In this document: positions 59,401 through 64,000 of the stretch, piece after piece
Layout of the letters: each line of letters starts with the position of its first letter
Numbering within the stretch: the stretch's first letter is position 1
Assembly: GCA_000708835.1 (NCBI GenBank)
Contig: DF236996.1
Location: forward strand, 188,160 to 252,159
Direction: 5' to 3'
Origin: Klebsormidium nitens
Taxonomy: Eukaryota; Plantae; Klebsormidiophyceae
Length of the DNA stretch: 64,000 nt
Position numbers and translations under genes: made by a program
The notes under the pieces: model-generated
Told to the model about the DNA's origin: nothing
Seen by the model: the letters and a program-made list of their open reading frames with translations, nothing else
The model's database searches: none

Positions 59401-61250
59401 CCTTTGTAAAGTTGGCCTCATTGTTGGGCACTATCTTCGTAGGTCATAGAAATGCTGAGCACTCTTCGCGCCGCCGAGACGTGGCCCTTCACTGAACCAG
59501 AGTCTCTCCGCGGAACTTTACTTTCTACTTGCCTCCGTCCTGCGCTTTACTTTTTGCGCAGAATGCTTGCTTTACGTGCGTGCACAGATCAAGGAGATGC
59601 TGAGCACTCTGCGCACCGCCGACACGCGGCGCCTCACCGCGGCCGGGACTCCGCGCGACGCGCGCGCCGGGCCGCCGGAGCAATCGGAGGTCAAGTGGCA
59701 AGCGGGTCTCGAGCTGCGAGAACAACTAGAGCGGGCTGAAAGTTCTGGCCAAGAACGGCTAGAGGTGGCTCGCGCGCAAAATGCGGGGCGGGGATCTATA
59801 GAGCAGCCGGAAAGCGCCGGAGAAGGAAGTTCTGACGGAGGCCGCCGGAAGAGTGAGAGGCAAAAGAATTCGGAAGGGGCGTCGGAAGTCAACGAAAGGA
59901 GTGGGGCACACGAGCAAACTGGCCGAAAAGCGGGTTTGCAAAAACGATGCAGCTGGACCCGTTCCAGCGGCTTGAGGGCTGAGCAGAATCTGCCGGAGAA
60001 GAAGGAAGAGGAAAGCGAAAGGGTGAAGGTAGTTGGGGCTAGTGCCCAGGAAGTAAGGATGGACGTAGGGTTTGCGGAGAGCCCGAAAATTTTGGAGGCA
60101 AAAACGAGTGAAAGAGACTCTGGAGAAGCCCGGGAAGAGGGGTTGCGTAAAGCAAGGAGCCGCAGCAGCGACCGCGCTTCCGTTGCTGATGAAGGGGAAC
60201 GGAACGGAACGGATAACGGGCCCGGCCGCTCGCGTGAAAGCGGAGATGTTGATAGAAAAAACCGTCTGGAGGAGCGGAGAAAAGCCCGGAACAAGTGGAT
60301 GGAGTTCCGCCCGGAGGGGGAGGGCGCCGAGCAGAACCGAACGGAACGCGTAGCAGTCACGTCTGCCCAAAGCAGGGACGAGAGGGAAGTAGGGCCAAGC
60401 GGAAGCACGTACGTCGGTAGCCGAGACGAAGAGCAAACGGCACGGAAAGAGCGGCGGCTGTCAGAGTCGAGGAAGAAAGGGAGAGGAGAGTGGAACGAGC
60501 TGCGGGCGGAAGATGGAACGGCACGGAATCCCAGCCGGGTAGCGACGCTGCGTCGCATAAGCTCGCGGCTGAAGGAAAAGCTTAAGTTGGACTTGAATCA
60601 GATAAATGCGGACAAAGAGAGCCCGGAGGACGGAGACCAGTGTCTTGAACGGGACGGAAAAGCACCGAAAAGAGGAAAGCGGAGGTCAGGAAAAGAACAG
60701 GAAGGAAAAACCGAGCGGGCGGAAAGCAACGGAAACGGCGGGCGGAACGGAGCGGCACAAACAGCAGAAAGGAGTCTGACGGGTCGGCTGGCAAAGGTGC
60801 ACTTCTTGTCGATATTTCTGCCAACTGCTCGAGCGCCATTCCGTCAACAAAAGTGCAAAGATCCTACATTCTGAATTTTATACACGCTGCTCTTCTTCTT
60901 ATGTTTTCATCGTGACCCCTCGATTGCTCGTAGCTGGTGGTCTGATTGAAATTTGTACCGACCATTGACCGGGTTTGAAGCTTCGGGCACTACGAATGAG
61001 CAGCACATGCAAGGCCAGATTGCTTCAATGCCTTTTCTCAGCTCGAAATTCGCTTTCGTGCTGGGAATGCCCCTATGCGGCGGAACGGTTGTTCAACGTT
61101 GCACGGGCGGTAACAGACGCAAAGCGGCCAGGTTTAGCGGCTTGGGCGCACATGACTCCGTCCGCCAATGTTTCCGTGCAGGTACTGGATCCGAGAGAAC
61201 GGATCAAAGCGCGCTTAGAGCGCCAGCGCAGCCGGGGTCCTCTGGCTTAG
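50494..61250 (+). CDS. AHI1: Jouberin/AHI1-like ciliary transition-zone WD40 protein; 5' end tentative
   Basis: Tentative 5' exons 50494-50679, 51518-51670 and 51776-51914. Firm exons: 51985-52340 (LTIH...VRMHCVDRTTGHYLKK...DYIMPLQTK), 53254-53441 (PFDLKQ...WEECLLLDE...LLLEIL), 54035-54332 (RVAWAYL...LQLY), 54753-54985 (PCIVP...LAAGSRGC), WD40 exons 55581-55705, 56157-56388, 56714-56831, 57121-57440, 58055-58241, then 58979-59119, 59588-60796 (charged low complexity) and 61182-61250. These motifs resemble, from memory, the pre-WD40 region of animal AHI1 (KIHVVDEHTGQYVKK; PYDFKQ..PEWEE; KIAWAFL..LQLY). Confidence 0.82.
52630..53350 (+). repeat. Exon echoes: three copies of the acceptor and first ~95 nt of AHI1 exon 53254
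   Basis: gcag|ccgttcgatctgaagcag(g)gcggccgcg...gaggccgtccgttc at 52839 and 53023 (polypyrimidine and CAG intact), plus a more decayed copy at ~52650-52745. Confidence 0.9.
53490..53750. repeat. Purely intronic ~145-bp tandem duplication
   Basis: ggccataccgtgtct..t(t/c)agaggtctcgt...tcccgc.tc.tcttttg...tccccagtcctccgaa.cctgcctcttgt occurs twice (~53500 and ~53650). Confidence 0.85.
56770..59630 (+). repeat. Further AHI1 exon echoes (donor-side at 56905-56960, 58345-58400 and 58500-58560; acceptor-side at 59440-59480)
   Basis: cagatgccgctgcacaagatgcacatcaaagcgctcgtcttcgatcac|at (donor lost); gacccgtcccttgttcagcaatttgaacctcag|gtaagg at 58390 and ...gagcctcag|gtgagg at 58548; gtag|gtcatagaaatgctgagcactcttcgcgccgccga before the real exon 59588. 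Confidence 0.85.
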
Positions 61251-62241
61251 GAGATTTGCTGCCGCTTTGGCGTCCGCCAAGCACAGCGGTCGATTCATCG
61301 GGACCTTTTAGGAGACGCAGACTGCTCAAGTCGGGGTTGAAAGCTTCGGAAGTAGCGGCTGCAAATGTTTAGGCCCAGCTTTGGCCCGAGAGAGGTATGT
61401 CTGTGACGGTGCCCCTATTATGAGCTCCATAATAAATCACGTTTACTAAGTCAGTTCGCAAATGAGGGCAAAAGGGCACGTGCTCTGAGGCCCAGGTCAC
61501 AATATTGGAAGTTTCATAAGTGCATGCAGCCAAGTTGCACCGTCTGGTGGTTTGATGAAACTTGCAAGGAATCTTGCCAGTCCACAACTATAATCGTTTT
61601 AGATCGACTTGAGCTTGATCGAAGACTCTGTCGAAGATCTTCGACGGCCTGCTCAACCAGCTATACTTTTCTTGGTCGCGCCAGGACCGGTGCTTCTGTA
61701 ACAGAGCACGCTTGATGTAGACCGCCGGCGCTAGCTCGGAGGTCGATGTTTGGGTACCGTCACATGCTGACTGAATCATTGAACCTAGTAATCATTCTAG
61801 TGCTACTGTGGACCTAGAGGTGCCGCGACTGAATGGATCATTGAAATTACAATCACGCTCAAATGCCGCCGCTCCGTACTGAGTCTAGGAATGTAATGTC
61901 TGCGCCTGCATGTGTAGTATGTCAACGTCGCGGGACACATGCCTCCTGTTATGTACCAGCCCAAACGCCAAAAGGTGAACTATAATCAGCCAAGTGACCT
62001 TCTACATGAATTTAAGACGTATGTCACGTAGACATGTTGAATCTGGCCGAAATCATCTGGAAACTTAGTTTGCAGACCTTGCGCATGTTTCATATATAGA
62101 CCCCCATGCAATTACGGCGTGCTCGGTGAGCTTATTATTTATATATTAGATGGTGTAGATTGATCGAGCGCGGCGTGTTGTTGTATATATTCCAGAAACT
62201 TAGGATTGGAAAATTCTAGCTTGAAGTAGTGTTAATCTCTC

Positions 62242-62810
62242 CTCGGGGTGGCCACTCCCAGTTTTAAAACATGGTATCTGCGAACTAAAACAAGTGATTT
62301 GGCTGTTTTGAAATTTTAAACGGTGTTTTAAAACGTTTTAAAACAGTTTTAAAACGTTGCAAATAGCCTGTTTTGTTTGTTTTTCCACGTTTTTATAGTG
62401 GCTATTGACTTTTTACGAGCTCCTATGTAACTGAAAAGCAGAAGTGAGTATGTTCGTATGCCAGAAAGGGCCCTAATATGTTGAAATATGCCACTCGCCC
62501 TGTTTTGAAAGCAGATTTTGGCGTTTTAAAACGTTTTACTGTTTTGTTTGTTTTATAAAACGGGCTATTTCAAGGTTCGCCCAACACGCAGATACATGTT
62601 TTATTATTTTCGCGTTTTAAAACGTTTTGAGACCGTTTTACTTATATGAGGGGGGGGGCAAATTTCAAACGATAAGTGATTTAGAATCTACAGACCAAGG
62701 GCTACACGATGGTATGAAACAAAACGTCGAATTTGTCTGATTTCGATCGTTTTGTCCAAAAGGCAACAAAAAAACACAAATTGTTTTAAAACTGGAGTTG
62801 CCACCCCGAG
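62242..62810. mobile_element. Non-autonomous TIR element (MITE, hAT-like), 569 bp, 8-bp TSD
   Basis: TIRs CTCGGGGTGGCCACTCCCAGTTTTAAAACA (62242-62271) and reverse-complemented CTCGGGGTGGCAACTCC-AGTTTTAAAACA (62782-62810). The direct repeat AATCTCTC is at 62234-62241 and 62811-62818. The AT-rich interior has many GTTTTAAAAC palindromes. Confidence 0.88.
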
Positions 62811-64000
62811 AATCTCTCTGACTTGAGCTAAGCCGAGCATACTGCTTTCAGCAGGTGGCTCAACAACTAACTCAACAATTGGAAGTCTTCAATCTACTGT
62901 GATCTTTATCGGAAGCCTTTTCGTACTAAGGACCTCGCAACTCGATGATCTATCTTACAGCGGGGCGGTTCTGCTCGGAAACTCGATCGATTGACGGGTT
63001 TGGTTTAGAGTCATGCTACAAAGTTTGACGGCTCTTCTGTTTTGGTTTGTTGGATATTTGCAAAAGAAGAAAAAGAGCCGGCCTGCCCCTATTGCTGTCG
63101 GCAACGACGAGCCGCGAACTCGATATTAGAAAAGTTGGCGGCTACAAGCGATGAATAATAGGTAGGTCTATCAAAGGCTCCTACACTTGAAACCTTCACC
63201 TACCCGAGGCACGTTCAATCAATGGTCCCCCATTGGTCATATAGCTTATGACATAACCGTCTTGTGATATTAAAGGGTCGCGCGAGGCTCACGCGCGGGC
63301 CGCCGCTCTTCGAAACCTACCTATATTGGCTAGCCTCTTCAGCTCCGGCTCCGGAAGAGGAGAGACATACCTAGAGGCTAGAGGGGCCGGACGCCGATTT
63401 CGGCATTGTACGACGTCACGATGCGGCCCTGGCGAACGAGGCGTTTCGGCCTTGTTCGATTGGCGGGCGTTCGACAATAAAACGTACATGATTAAAAAAG
63501 AGAAAAACTCCCATATAAACGTTTCAGACTTATGGCAGACCGGCGCGCAGAGCGGCGCGGTTGCTGGATTCGACATCGAGACGTGTGTGTTATTTTGGCG
63601 TCCGGCTGAGTCAGGAGTTCCGGTTGACGGTCGCCCAATATATGTTAACGTGCAGTTGTGTTGGGCGACCAGCATTTAGTTTTCTACAAAATGTGGTTGG
63701 CAATTATTGGGAGTTTGGTCGCGAGCTAGGCTGCTTCGACAGCTTCGACGTCGAAATTTGTGCATGGAAGGTTACCGACGTCGAAAGTTCGGATCTTCTT
63801 GCCTGCCCGGTTGAGGACGTGTATACCGTACTATCCCCCAGGAAGAGGCTAGCCGCCGGCGCTAGCGCTCCCCTGCCGTCGCCAGACGGCCAGTCCATGT
63901 CCCGGTAGGCGGGCTGGGTACATGCTACCCGTAGCTACCGTATGCTGCATTATGCAGGTCGTCGAACTGCCAACTCGGGGGCTGCCACACAGTGCCAGAC

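Noticed and set aside
59572-60558. 328-aa and 225-aa minus-strand ORFs
   Set aside because: These are antisense shadows of the purine-rich low-complexity AHI1 exon, Ser/Leu/Phe/Arg-rich with no domain features.
63000-64000. Short overlapping ORFs at the window end
   Set aside because: There is no recognisable domain, splice-consistent chain or codon pattern; this is probably intergenic or the flank of a feature outside the window.

Overview
Eukaryotic, intron-rich genomic DNA (roughly 50% GC) from a plant-lineage organism. A plastid MGDG synthase, a plant-type core alpha-1,3-fucosyltransferase, POB1/LRB-like BTB proteins and the ciliary gene AHI1 together suggest a flagellate-forming streptophyte alga such as Klebsormidium (inference). 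Nine spliced genes were reconstructed by hand, and their strands alternate strictly: TBC Rab-GAP (+, 5' partial), MGD1 (-), type II membrane SAM methyltransferase (+), GH29 alpha-L-fucosidase (-), GT10 alpha-1,3-fucosyltransferase (+), BTB/BACK gene (-), its frameshifted inverted duplicate (+), a third BTB gene (-) and AHI1/jouberin (+). There are also two MITE-like elements and a degraded ORF. The most notable observations are: (1) a same-length, same-phase, intact but only about 54% identical exon pair in the fucosidase that can only be used mutually exclusively; (2) more than 30 intronic 'exon echoes', i.e. decaying tandem duplications of one splice site plus the adjacent half-exon, in six of the nine genes; (3) a fucose writer/eraser pair head-to-head within a glyco-gene neighbourhood; (4) a 7-kb palindrome of two BTB paralogues; (5) three GC-AG introns. 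No rRNA, tRNA or CRISPR array was recognised. All coordinates and counts are hand-derived.
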